Origin: an uncultured archaeon
Lineage (GTDB): Archaea; Thermoproteota; Bathyarchaeia; Bathyarchaeales; Bathycorpusculaceae
Assembly: GCA_963782915.1 (NCBI GenBank)
Contig: CAWALK010000012.1
Coordinates: 192,001-256,000, forward strand
Length of the DNA: 64,000 bases
Direction: 5' to 3'
Shown piece after piece: positions 22,027-30,892 of this stretch; the first letter of the stretch is position 1, and each line of letters begins with the position of its first letter. Both the position numbers and the translations under genes were made by a program. The notes below the pieces were generated by a model. That model was not told the DNA's origin. It did no database searches and saw only the letters and a list, made by a program, of their open reading frames with translations.

Positions 22027-23456
22027 TTGAAAGTCCTCTTCATCGAGCCGCCCAAAGACATATGGTTTGTCATGGGCGAATACCTGCCGCCGCCCTATGG
22101 CATCATCCAACTCGCCGCCTACCTGGAAAAAGCAAGTCGAAAATGTCCAGCTGGAGATTTTGGATTGCAACGCAGAAAAGATTGATTGGAAAATGATGGA
22201 GACGCGTATCTCCGCTTCTAACCCGGATGTAGTGGCTTGCGCTTCCTTGGCTACTTGTAACACTTATGCTGTTGTGAAAACTCTTGAAACCGCTAAACGA
22301 ATGGCACCAAAAGCCCTCACCGTAACAGGCGGGCAACACTTTACTGCAACAGCCCAGGACAGCCTTCAACGTTACCCCGAAATCGATGTCATCATCCGAA
22401 ATGAGGGTGAACAGACTTTAGCTGAATTAGTAAAAGCCCGCCAAAGCGGTGCAGGTTTCCAAAACATTGCTAGGCATCTCCTATCAGAAACGGCACAGCA
22501 ATCACACATAACCCGCCAAGACCCCTGATTGCAAACCTCGAGGACCTGCCGTTTCCAGGCTACCACCTCGTCAAAGAAAACATGCCCAAATACCACTTCT
22601 CCGATTATGGCGGGCAAAAATGCGCCCTACGCACTCATCGAGGGAGCAAGGGGATGCAACCACCAATGCACCTTCTGCACTCAGTGGCGGCATTGGCAAG
22701 CTTGCTGGCGCCTAAAACCTGCGAAGCGTATTGCAGACGAAATGGCGTATGTTAATCGGGAGTTTGGCAGCCAAATGATCTGGTTAACCGACGACAACTT
22801 TGGAACCGGGCAGCGCCCCGCCGAGATTGCGGAGGAAATCATCGCCAAACAATTACCTAAAGACGTGACATGGTTTGTTCAAGCCAGATGCGACGATATA
22901 ATCCGCAACAAAGACATTCTGCCCCGATTGGCTAAATCAGGGTTAAACTGGGTGCTGCTCGGAGTAGAAAATTCGAGTCCCTCCACGTTGGATTACTTCA
23001 AAAAAGGCATCACACCCAACGATGCAAAAACGGCGGTGAAACTGCTACAAGACAACGGCATCTTCGCCCACGCCATGGTCATCATCGGAAACCGCAAAGA
23101 CACCCACCAATCCATCCTTCAACTCAGAGAATTCGCCAACGATTTAGACCCCGACTTCATAATGTTTGGCATCTTAACGCCTTTCCCCGGCACAGAAGTC
23201 TACGCTGAAGCAGAACGCAACGGCTGGATAGAAGACCGCAACTGGAACCACTATGACATGATCCACGCCATAATGCCCACCGAAACACTCTACCACCCAT
23301 CAAGTACAAGAGGAACTCTATGGCTGCTACCGTGGCTTCTACGGCTCTTGGAACAGGCGATTAGGCGGATTCTTCTCAAGTAACCCAATGAAACGGCGCA
23401 CTTTTAGGCATATGGCAACTTGGGGCGTGACGGGCAAAATAAAATCGATGTTCTAG
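22027..23456 (+). CDS. B12-binding radical SAM enzyme (several frameshifts)
   Basis: PPPYGIIQLAAYL; GGQHFT; RGCNHQCTFC CxxxCxxC; DDNF; TPFPGT; spread over 3-4 frames. Confidence 0.85.
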
Positions 23457-23465
23457 GCGAACACT

Positions 23466-24158
23466 TTGCCGCAACCTGTGTCTTCCAAGTTTTTCTTGCT
23501 CTTCTTAGTGGCTGTTTCAATTGTTGGGTTAGCGCTTGTGCCGCTTCTTTTGCTTCAACCTAACCTGCAAGGAGACCTGTCACCTCTTAGACAACCCCTC
23601 GTAAGTGCACTGTACGGTGTAGTCTGCGTTTTGGGCATAGTTGCGGTGTTTTATCCGGGTAGATGCCGTTTGATGTTCCAAAAACCAGCCGCTTCCCCCA
23701 ACCCACAGAAAACTGCTTCTTCGGCCGTAGGGTTTAGGGGGCACCATCCAGACTGCGAAAAATTCGAGGCTAATCGGATTGCATTCAGGGGTTCGGTTTT
23801 TTGTGCTGCATGCACTGGCTTGCTGATTGGGGCAATAGCTGCTATGGCGGGGATAGTCTTGTTTTCTTTAGGCTACTTTAGTTTAGGTGCTGGAAATCTT
23901 TGGGTTTTGGCAGCTGGAGAAGTGTTGATGCTTGTGGGGTTAGCTCAAATAAAATTGGGCGGTTACATCAAAATGGCTGTGAATGCCCTGTTTGTGGTTG
24001 GCTCCTGCATAGTTTTGGTTGCGGCGGATTTGGCTGCTGGGAGCTTTCTGGTTGATGCGTATGTGCTTGGGTTGATCGTTTTTATGTTGTGGTTTAGGAT
24101 TTTGCTCTCAGAATGGAACAATAAAAAAACTTGTTTGATGTGTGGGCGTTGCGTTTAA
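23466..24158 (+). CDS. Polytopic membrane protein with HHPDC..CAAC metal motif
   Basis: About 7 TMs; Cys/His motifs reminiscent of DUF2085. Confidence 0.65.
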   Translation: MPQPVSSKFFLLFLVAVSIVGLALVPLLLLQPNLQGDLSPLRQPLVSALYGVVCVLGIVAVFYPGRCRLMFQKPAASPNPQKTASSAVGFRGHHPDCEKFEANRIAFRGSVFCAACTGLLIGAIAAMAGIVLFSLGYFSLGAGNLWVLAAGEVLMLVGLAQIKLGGYIKMAVNALFVVGSCIVLVAADLAAGSFLVDAYVLGLIVFMLWFRILLSEWNNKKTCLMCGRCV

Positions 24159-24502
24159 GATGGGGTTGGGGGGCGTTCGCGGTATCGTCTTTGCCTATAC
24201 AATGCGCCTAAAACGAGCAGTATGCCGAAGATGATTATTATGAATGGCCAGATATCTATTGATATTTGGTATGCCGCTTGCAAGAATAGGCTTAACCCAA
24301 CAAGGATTACGATGACGCCTATGACAAGAGTTACAATCATGCCGCCGTTTGGTAAGCCGAAGCATTCGTTTTCCATTCGCCGGTAGTGTTCTCGGTCGCT
24401 TCCGGGGTAACGTTGGCCGACTGTGTAGAGGGGTGCGCCGCAGTTTGTACAGTTGGTGTTGGTGTCTGCGTTTTGGGTGCCACATTTGCTGCAATAAACC
24501 AT
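24155..24502 (-). CDS. Zinc-ribbon membrane protein
   Basis: YCSKCG..CTNCG plus two TMs. Confidence 0.8.
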   Translation of the reverse strand: MVYCSKCGTQNADTNTNCTNCGAPLYTVGQRYPGSDREHYRRMENECFGLPNGGMIVTLVIGVIVILVGLSLFLQAAYQISIDIWPFIIIIFGILLVLGALYRQRRYRERPPTPS

Positions 24503-24641
24503 TAGGAATTCCTCAATCATGAGTAACCCCGTTTTGCCTTTAAGACTTGCGGTTACAAGAAATTCTGGAAAATCAGCTGTTTAGATTAAGAGATTAATTT
24601 TTCGACATTTTTGCCCTTCAAGCACTAAAAGAAATTTATTA

Positions 24642-24683
24642 GGACCTTGGGATTTGAACCGACATCTATAGAACCCAGGGCTA
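24642..24683 (-). repeat. Degenerate copy of tRNA-Pro 3' half (att-like remnant 3)
   Basis: ggaccttgggatttgaaccgacatctatagaacccagggcta versus tRNA gggcctcccggatttgaaccggagtctatagagcccaagtcta. Confidence 0.7.
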
Positions 24684-24720
24684 TCCCCACATGGCGCGGT
24701 GCCATTAAGATAAAAACTAA

Positions 24721-24852
24721 CTATTCCTCTCGGGTCTTTTGTCTTTGAAGCCGGTCAGCCTTCTTCTTCTTGCGCTTGTCATCTCTGCCTTTCTTCGTTT
24801 CCGGTTTAGGTTTTGACCTGTCTTGTTGTCCTGTTTCGCCTTTCTTTGACAT
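24721..24852 (-). CDS. 43-aa Lys/Arg-rich microprotein
   Basis: MSKKGETGQQDRSKPKPETKKGRDDKRKKKKADRLQRQKTREE; AGGAAG upstream. Confidence 0.4.
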   Translation of the reverse strand: MSKKGETGQQDRSKPKPETKKGRDDKRKKKKADRLQRQKTREE

Positions 24853-25041
24853 TTACAATTTCTTCCTACATAAAAGAAGTGGCTTCTTCTTGTTCTTGAA
24901 GGTATCCTTGCATTCTTGCACATCAAAGGAGTAACCTCAATATTTTTTTATTTTATAAAAAATTAGCAAGCGTAGAATATCAATTTCAATGGTACAAAGT
25001 CTTAAATCCGCATAACAATAAACATCGGCTTGAGTAATGCT

Positions 25042-25246
25042 ATGAAATGCCCTTCTTGCGATCAAACACTTAAACGAACAGAGGGTGTATGCGGCGAGTA
25101 CACTCTGCCTTAATCCCCAATGCCCTGAAAACAAGAAACCACACATAGGGGCATACAAAGGGTTTTTCGGGCTTACTCAAGCAGAAATATGCCAAAATTA
25201 TAATGCATCATTTACTAAAAAATCGATGGAAGAAATAAGAAAATAA
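25042..25246 (+). CDS. Small zinc-ribbon protein (one frameshift)
   Basis: MKCPSCDQTL..GEY / CLNPQCPENKK in the adjacent frame. Confidence 0.45.
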
Positions 25247-25283
25247 TAGCCAACCCTAAAATAAGATAGGTGAGCTATAAATT

Positions 25284-25436
25284 ATGGAATTGAGGATGAA
25301 AATTTTGACAAACGTTTTATGTACATGTTCTAATTGTGGCAGCAACCACATTGATGAGGATGAAGATATCGTTAAGTGCCTTGATTGTGGCATGGGCAAG
25401 TATAAGCAGGATAGGCATAAGAAATATTTTGTTTAA
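25284..25436 (+). CDS. 50-aa TFIIB-type zinc-ribbon microprotein
   Basis: CSNCGSNHIDEDEDIVKCLDCG. Confidence 0.55.
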   Translation: MELRMKILTNVLCTCSNCGSNHIDEDEDIVKCLDCGMGKYKQDRHKKYFV

Positions 25437-25510
25437 TTGCAAAAATAATGATTTTGAAAATAGAAAATTGCGTTTTTTATCTTTTTCTAATTTAGTGATA
25501 TCTCGACGAA

Positions 25511-25542
25511 TTGTGGGTCTCCCGATTTAAAACCGGGGTCTA
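25511..25542 (-). repeat. Degenerate copy of tRNA-Pro 3' end (att-like remnant 2)
   Basis: ttgtgggtctcccgatttaaaaccggggtcta versus tggtggggcctcccggatttgaaccggagtcta. Confidence 0.6.
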
Positions 25543-25642
25543 AACCTATCATCAATTGGTCAATTCGAAAATGATATGGTTAAACATTGAAAGTTGAATT
25601 GAAAACTTTAACTCTGCTCATGTCTACATAAGGCTCCAAGAT

Positions 25643-26152
25643 ATGGTTGCCATGCATTTTGAAAACGTCATATTTCCCGACTCTCTAAGCTTCCACTGCA
25701 AATGCTGCGGAGTCTGCTGTAGAGACCAACCACCAGATATTAATTTGAAAGAACAACAAAAAATAGAAGCTAAAGGCTTCGTGGATTTTTTAGAAGCACC
25801 TAACGATCCTCAAAACAGGAATATCCGCAAAAAACAAGATGGAAGCTGCATTTTCTTTACCGAAGAAAACACATGTAAGATTCATGACGTCAAACCGTCG
25901 ATATGCAGTTTGGAGCCATTCATCATAACAGACTTTGATCCTAAAACAAACAAGATATTTGTGGACTTAAATCCGCTTGCAGCCAAAAACTGCAAAGGCA
26001 TCTCTAAGGGCGAAATGGTTGCTCCAGAAGAAATCGCAAAAGCTGCCCAAACAATCGTGAAAGACTGTTTAGAAATAGTCGCTGTAAAAACGGGGCTTCC
26101 GGTTACAGATAAGAGGGTTGCTTCATTAACAAGGAAATTATTGTGTCTTTGA
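25643..26152 (+). CDS. YkgJ-family cysteine-cluster protein
   Basis: FHCKCCGVCC..CIFF..CKIHDVKPSICSLEPF..CKG. Confidence 0.88.
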   Translation: MVAMHFENVIFPDSLSFHCKCCGVCCRDQPPDINLKEQQKIEAKGFVDFLEAPNDPQNRNIRKKQDGSCIFFTEENTCKIHDVKPSICSLEPFIITDFDPKTNKIFVDLNPLAAKNCKGISKGEMVAPEEIAKAAQTIVKDCLEIVAVKTGLPVTDKRVASLTRKLLCL

Positions 26153-26227
26153 TTACAATGAATTGTTGAGCTTCAATTTGCAGCTAATCTTTTTGGTGTT
26201 TTATTTAGCCGTCTAACAGGCTTGAAC

Positions 26228-26364
26228 TGCTTGCAGAATCAGCCACAACCAGCCTGCAACCGCCAAAACATGCCCACACCAAAACAGCCGCTGCAGCCAA
26301 GCCTGCTGGTTGTTGTTGAAATAAGAGGGGCCCACAGCAACAACTAACATAAAAAAACAAGCAA
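26228..26364 (+). repeat. ~135-bp structured dispersed repeat R1
   Basis: Exact caaccagcctgcaaccgcc and tgctggttgttgttgaaataaga shared with 46998-47135; reverse copy at 33335-33465. Confidence 0.85.
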
Positions 26365-26380
26365 TTCAGAAGTGATGGAT

Positions 26381-26428
26381 TGGTGGGGTCTCCTGGATTT
26401 GAACCGGCGTCTATAGAGCCAAGTCTAC
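26381..26428 (-). repeat. Copy of tRNA-Pro 3' half (att-like remnant 1)
   Basis: Matches 27120-27168 with 3 substitutions and 1 deletion, from CCA through the anticodon arm. Confidence 0.9.
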
Positions 26429-26444
26429 TCCACCCGGCAGGCGC

Positions 26445-27074
26445 TTAATGAAAATATCTCCCGCCGAACAAAATATAGAAAACAGTCACGAAAATATACA
26501 ACCCTAAACTAACTACAGGAGCCCCAAACGAAAACGCCGTGGCTAACCCATAAACCGTAGGTCCCACAAGAGCGATCTTACTCCTTTTTGAGATTACTTC
26601 TAGGTCGGGTTCCTCGTGGGTTAAATGCCGTATTCGAGGATAGAACCAAAGAACATTGAACAGTATCGAAATCGCCAAAGCGTTTAACCCATAAGTGAAC
26701 ACGGCAACAGGTTGCATAGGGTATCTTCCCAGCAATGCCGTAGAGAAGGGTGCAAGCGCGATACTCATCAGCAAGAGAATATTGATCCACAAAACTTTCA
26801 GGTCGACCACTTCAATATGTCTTAGCATGTTTTGATGGCTTATCCAAAGAACCCCCAGGAAGACAAAAGTGATGATATAAGCGAAGAAGTCGGGAAGTAA
26901 GCCGTAAAGGTCGGCTTCAAGTGTGGCTTCGGTGCTCGGGCCAGTTATTGTTGGTACTACTAAGCTTAGGACTAAAATGGTCATGACGGTTGCAAATAAA
27001 CCGTCGGCGAGAGTTTCTATTCTGTCTATAGTAAAGCCGTAAGAATTCTTAGGTGGCATTTTATGCGAAAACAC
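26445..27074 (-). CDS. TMEM175-family potassium channel
   Basis: RIETLADGLFATVMTILVL; LWISHQ; PFSTALLG. Confidence 0.88.
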   Translation of the reverse strand: MFSHKMPPKNSYGFTIDRIETLADGLFATVMTILVLSLVVPTITGPSTEATLEADLYGLLPDFFAYIITFVFLGVLWISHQNMLRHIEVVDLKVLWINILLLMSIALAPFSTALLGRYPMQPVAVFTYGLNALAISILFNVLWFYPRIRHLTHEEPDLEVISKRSKIALVGPTVYGLATAFSFGAPVVSLGLYIFVTVFYILFGGRYFH

Positions 27075-27119
27075 CTCTAAAACGCTATCATTTTAACTGT
27101 CTAAAAGCTAAAAGTTGAT

Positions 27120-27197
27120 TGGTGGGGCCTCCCGGATTTGAACCGGAGTCTATAGAGCCCAAGTCTACAAGCCTGGACCAAGCTAGCCGAAGGCCCC
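27120..27197 (-). tRNA. tRNA-Pro (UGG), CCA encoded
   Basis: GGGGCCT/AGGCCCC acceptor stem, GTAGA-CT-TGG-GC-TCTAT anticodon arm, TTCAAAT T-loop, ACCA end. Confidence 0.95.
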
Positions 27198-27306
27198 ACA
27201 CAGTGTTGGTGGAACAGTATTTCCCCTGCACCCATAAAAACCTTGTCAAAACCCAAACCGAAACCGTTGCAGGAAACAGCGGTTGATGGGCGTTGAGCAT
27301 CCTTTT

Positions 27307-27477
27307 TTATGGTGCTTTTATTTCTAATCGGTTTTTGGTTTTGGCTTGTACGAATCTGTAGCGGGGGCAAGTGTAGCAGTTGCGGTCGCTGCAGTAGAGT
27401 GCGATTTTTTCGGGGATTTTGGCTGAGTTTAGGAGTGCGCTGCATGTTTTTTTGCTTGTAAGGTATCGGCATGCCAT
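27307..27477 (-). CDS. 56-aa Cys-rich microprotein
   Basis: MACRYLTSKKTCSALLNSAKIPEKIALYCSDRNCYTCPRYRFVQAKTKNRLEIKAP; GGTGA RBS. Confidence 0.6.
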   Translation of the reverse strand: MACRYLTSKKTCSALLNSAKIPEKIALYCSDRNCYTCPRYRFVQAKTKNRLEIKAP

Positions 27478-27877
27478 TCTTAATCACCGTTTGGAATGGG
27501 TGGTTCCTAAATGTGGGAGAAGAAAACTATTGTTCATGGTTGCTTTGGTTGATGGGTTGTGGGTTTTCTCCGATTTTTTGTGGTTTTTGGTTTTGTTTGG
27601 CTTGCATAAAAAGTTCCACCTTTAGTTAAACTTCTAAAAAGTATTAACTAAACTATTGGTGAAAAGCACTCATAAAGGTAGCGGTTGCTTATCTGCCAAA
27701 AACCATGAATAAACAACTTTTTTGATATCACCCGTTTGCTGGGAGGGGGTTCGTCTTGGGTTTTTGCGGTTTTTATGTAAGGTGACCCTCGCCATTAGTC
27801 AGCTAATAGAAAAAAAAAGAAAACAAACCAAGCTGACTTCTCGACGACCCTAACAGCAAGATTAACCCAAGAAGCAA

Positions 27878-28618
27878 TCAGACAGGGTATTTGGCATATA
27901 GCCTATAGATGCTTTTAGTATTTTCAAGTGCTTTATGTCTTAGCGAAAGCAGAGATAGGCCCAGTAACAGGAAAATAGCGCCTAAACCCATTACGCCCAC
28001 AATAGCCAAGACAGAAACCAACCATATTGTATTAAAATAGCTTGGCAGTGAGTTTTCTGTGTCAATAACCGATGATCTCAAATCTCCAAGTGTACTATTC
28101 ACATTATCCAGCTGGACAGTTATACCGTTTATTCTGTTGGGTACATCAGCGGCTTGTTGTCGAATGGAGTTTATGCTTGTGGATACGCTTTGAAGTTTGG
28201 ATGCTGCATCAGTTATTGGTTGACCTATCGAGGATATGGTGGTTCCGACTGAACCAAAAGGGCTAACTCCAGCGATGGAGATGCTGCCTAATGTTTGCCC
28301 AGCGCCAGTCACTGTTGAGCCGATGGAGGTCAGGTTGGTTGCGATGTTGCCGGTTAATTCGCCGCTGCTCGATAATGCTGGTATACTGATGTTTGTGGCG
28401 TCGCTTAGGTATAGTAGGGTGACTTGGGTTGAGTTTATGGCGTTTTGCGCACTTAGTAGAGCATTATCTGCTTTGGTGAGATAAGCTGAGGCGGTGGATT
28501 GTATGTTGTTTAGGGTGTTGTTTATGATTGGGAGGGCGATGCCTGCGCCGATTATGATGCCTATCCCTAGAATGATGCATATTATGCCAGTAAAAAAGGG
28601 TATTTTCATGTCAGTCAT
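27878..28618 (-). CDS. Two-TM protein with long extracellular coiled coil
   Basis: Heptad-like Ser/Thr/Asn-rich region between N- and C-terminal TMs. Confidence 0.7.
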   Translation of the reverse strand: MTDMKIPFFTGIICIILGIGIIIGAGIALPIINNTLNNIQSTASAYLTKADNALLSAQNAINSTQVTLLYLSDATNISIPALSSSGELTGNIATNLTSIGSTVTGAGQTLGSISIAGVSPFGSVGTTISSIGQPITDAASKLQSVSTSINSIRQQAADVPNRINGITVQLDNVNSTLGDLRSSVIDTENSLPSYFNTIWLVSVLAIVGVMGLGAIFLLLGLSLLSLRHKALENTKSIYRLYAKYPV

Positions 28619-28908
28619 AAAAAATGCCTTTCCTTGAAAAACAGAAAACCGAAAGCACTATGCTAAATCAGTGTGTGAATTTTAAGGTTTGTTTGCCTGA
28701 GTGAAGCTCAAAACCTATCTTCTTTATCGCTCAAAGACGTCGCGTGATCTCCAGCCGAGCCTTTTTTGTATCTATAAATGTGGAGGAGATAGATTGCCCT
28801 ATCAGCAGACTCTTAATTCCTTGGCGCTTTGAAGGCATAAAGCACATACAGCCTGCACATAAGCCTTATATTTTCAAAGTTAACCTTCTCTGACTGAAGG
28901 CTCAAAGC

Positions 28909-29979
28909 ATGCACAAAAAACTCTTGATTCCGGGTCCAACAGAAGTAAGTAAAGAAATACTAAATGAACAAACCCAGTACCTAATTGGCCATAGAGAAAA
29001 AGAGTTCTCCGACCTATACGGCGGAATCACAGGTAAAATCGCAAAATATTTCCAATTAACAGCCGATTACAAACCAACAGTCACCACTGGTTCAGGAACA
29101 TTGTGGTTTGACATAATCGGCAGAAGCATAGTAAAAGAAAAAGCGCTTGCATGCGTCAATGGAGCATTCTCCAAACGCTGTGCACAAACCCTCGCTTCAT
29201 GCGGCAAACAAACCGATGTCTTCGAGGTTGAAATGGGCAAAGCAATCAAACCAGATATGGTTGCAGAAAAACTTGCCACAGGCAAATACGACACCCTAAC
29301 CGTTTGCCACAACGAAACCTCTTCAGGTGTCCGAAGCCCAATCGCTGAAATCGGTAAAATGGTCAAAAAAGAATACCCCGACATCATCTTCGCCGTAGAT
29401 GCGGTCTCCTCAATGGCAGGCGACAAAACATTACCCTCAGAATTCAACTGCGACATCGTCTTTGGCAGCACCCAAAAATGCTTCGCACTGCCACCTGGAT
29501 TAGCAGTTGCACTTGTTAGCGACCGAGCAATCCAACGTGCCACCCAAGTGCCCAACAGAGGCGCATACACCGACCTAGTCGACATCTTCGAATTCGAAAA
29601 GAAACATCAAACACCCTTCACACCAAACGTCTCATTACTCTATGCACTAAACAAACGCATGGACCTATTGCTCGAGGAAACCTACGATAAAGTCTACCAA
29701 CGCCACCAAGACATGGCAACCTACACCCAGAACTGGGCAAAGAAACACTTCAGCATGTTCCCAGAACCAGGCTACGAATCCATCACTGTGAGCTGCATAA
29801 ACAGCAACGGCAAAGACGTCAAAGCATTAAACCAGAAACTCGCAGAAAAAGGCTACATGATCTCTGGCGGCTACGGAAAATTAGCTGACAAAACCTTCCG
29901 CATCGGCCACATGGGCGAATGGAACCTCGATGGCATCAAAGACGTAATCGCTCAAATCGACTCTATTTGGGGATTGTAG
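28909..29979 (+). CDS. Class V PLP aminotransferase (serine-pyruvate/phosphoserine aminotransferase-like)
   Basis: LLIPGPT; HNETSSGV; DAVSS; STQKCFALPPG; FRIGHMG. Confidence 0.9.
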   Translation: MHKKLLIPGPTEVSKEILNEQTQYLIGHREKEFSDLYGGITGKIAKYFQLTADYKPTVTTGSGTLWFDIIGRSIVKEKALACVNGAFSKRCAQTLASCGKQTDVFEVEMGKAIKPDMVAEKLATGKYDTLTVCHNETSSGVRSPIAEIGKMVKKEYPDIIFAVDAVSSMAGDKTLPSEFNCDIVFGSTQKCFALPPGLAVALVSDRAIQRATQVPNRGAYTDLVDIFEFEKKHQTPFTPNVSLLYALNKRMDLLLEETYDKVYQRHQDMATYTQNWAKKHFSMFPEPGYESITVSCINSNGKDVKALNQKLAEKGYMISGGYGKLADKTFRIGHMGEWNLDGIKDVIAQIDSIWGL

Positions 29980-30881
29980 TGACCATTAAAATCCTTGTTA
30001 GCGACAAAATCGCTGACGAAGGCATCAAAACCCTCCAAGAAGAAGGCTATGAGGTAACTCGGGGATGGGATATTCCCAAACCTGACCTCCCCAAAATCAT
30101 CGGCGAATACGACGTTTTAATTGTACGCAGCGCAACCAAAGTTAAAGGAGAACTTTTAGACAACGCCAAAAAACTCCGTGTAATCGGCAGAGCAGGCGAA
30201 GGTTTAGATAACGTTGACTATGAACGCGCCAAACAAATGGGTATAACATTGGTTAATACGCCGCATGTTTCCTACATCAGCGTCTCCGAACTCACCATCG
30301 GCCACATGTTAGCACTCGCCCGAAACATCGTACAAAGCACTTTAACTTTGCGTGATGGGAAATGGGAAAAAGAAAAACTCATGGGCATTGAACTTAACGG
30401 TAAAACTTTGGGGGTAATCGGCTGCGGTTACATCGGCAAAGACGTCGAACGCTTAGCATTGGCGTTGGGTATGAAAGTGATTGTAGTCGAAGAATGCGTC
30501 TACGACCGATTTGTACCCTTAACCGATATGTTGCCTCAAGCAGACTTCATAACAATCCATGTACCATTAACACCGAAAACCCGCCACCTGCTTTCCACCA
30601 AAGAATTTGACTTAATGAAGAAAGGCGTACGTATCATCGACTGCTCACGTGGCGGCGTAATCGACCAAGAAGCCCTCTACCAAGCACTCATCAGCGGCAA
30701 AGTTGCAGGCGCAGCCTTGGATGTCTTCGAAGAGGAACCACCCAAAAACAACAAACTCCTCACGCTACCAAACGTGATTGCTACGCCACATATGGGTGCC
30801 CAAACATTTGAAGCGCAACATCGGGCAAGCATACAAATAGCCAATAACGTTATAGATGCGCTTGAAAAACTGAAACTGTGA
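29979..30881 (+). CDS. serA: D-3-phosphoglycerate dehydrogenase (short form)
   Basis: VRSATKV; GRAGEGLDNVD; DVFEEEP; TPHMGAQT; GTG start overlaps the upstream stop. Confidence 0.85.
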   Translation: MTIKILVSDKIADEGIKTLQEEGYEVTRGWDIPKPDLPKIIGEYDVLIVRSATKVKGELLDNAKKLRVIGRAGEGLDNVDYERAKQMGITLVNTPHVSYISVSELTIGHMLALARNIVQSTLTLRDGKWEKEKLMGIELNGKTLGVIGCGYIGKDVERLALALGMKVIVVEECVYDRFVPLTDMLPQADFITIHVPLTPKTRHLLSTKEFDLMKKGVRIIDCSRGGVIDQEALYQALISGKVAGAALDVFEEEPPKNNKLLTLPNVIATPHMGAQTFEAQHRASIQIANNVIDALEKLKL

Positions 30882-30892
30882 GTTGACACTGC

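Noticed and set aside
24642-26428. Additional functional or split tRNA genes
   Set aside because: Only 3' halves are present, with mismatched stems and no 5' halves or complementary leader sequences
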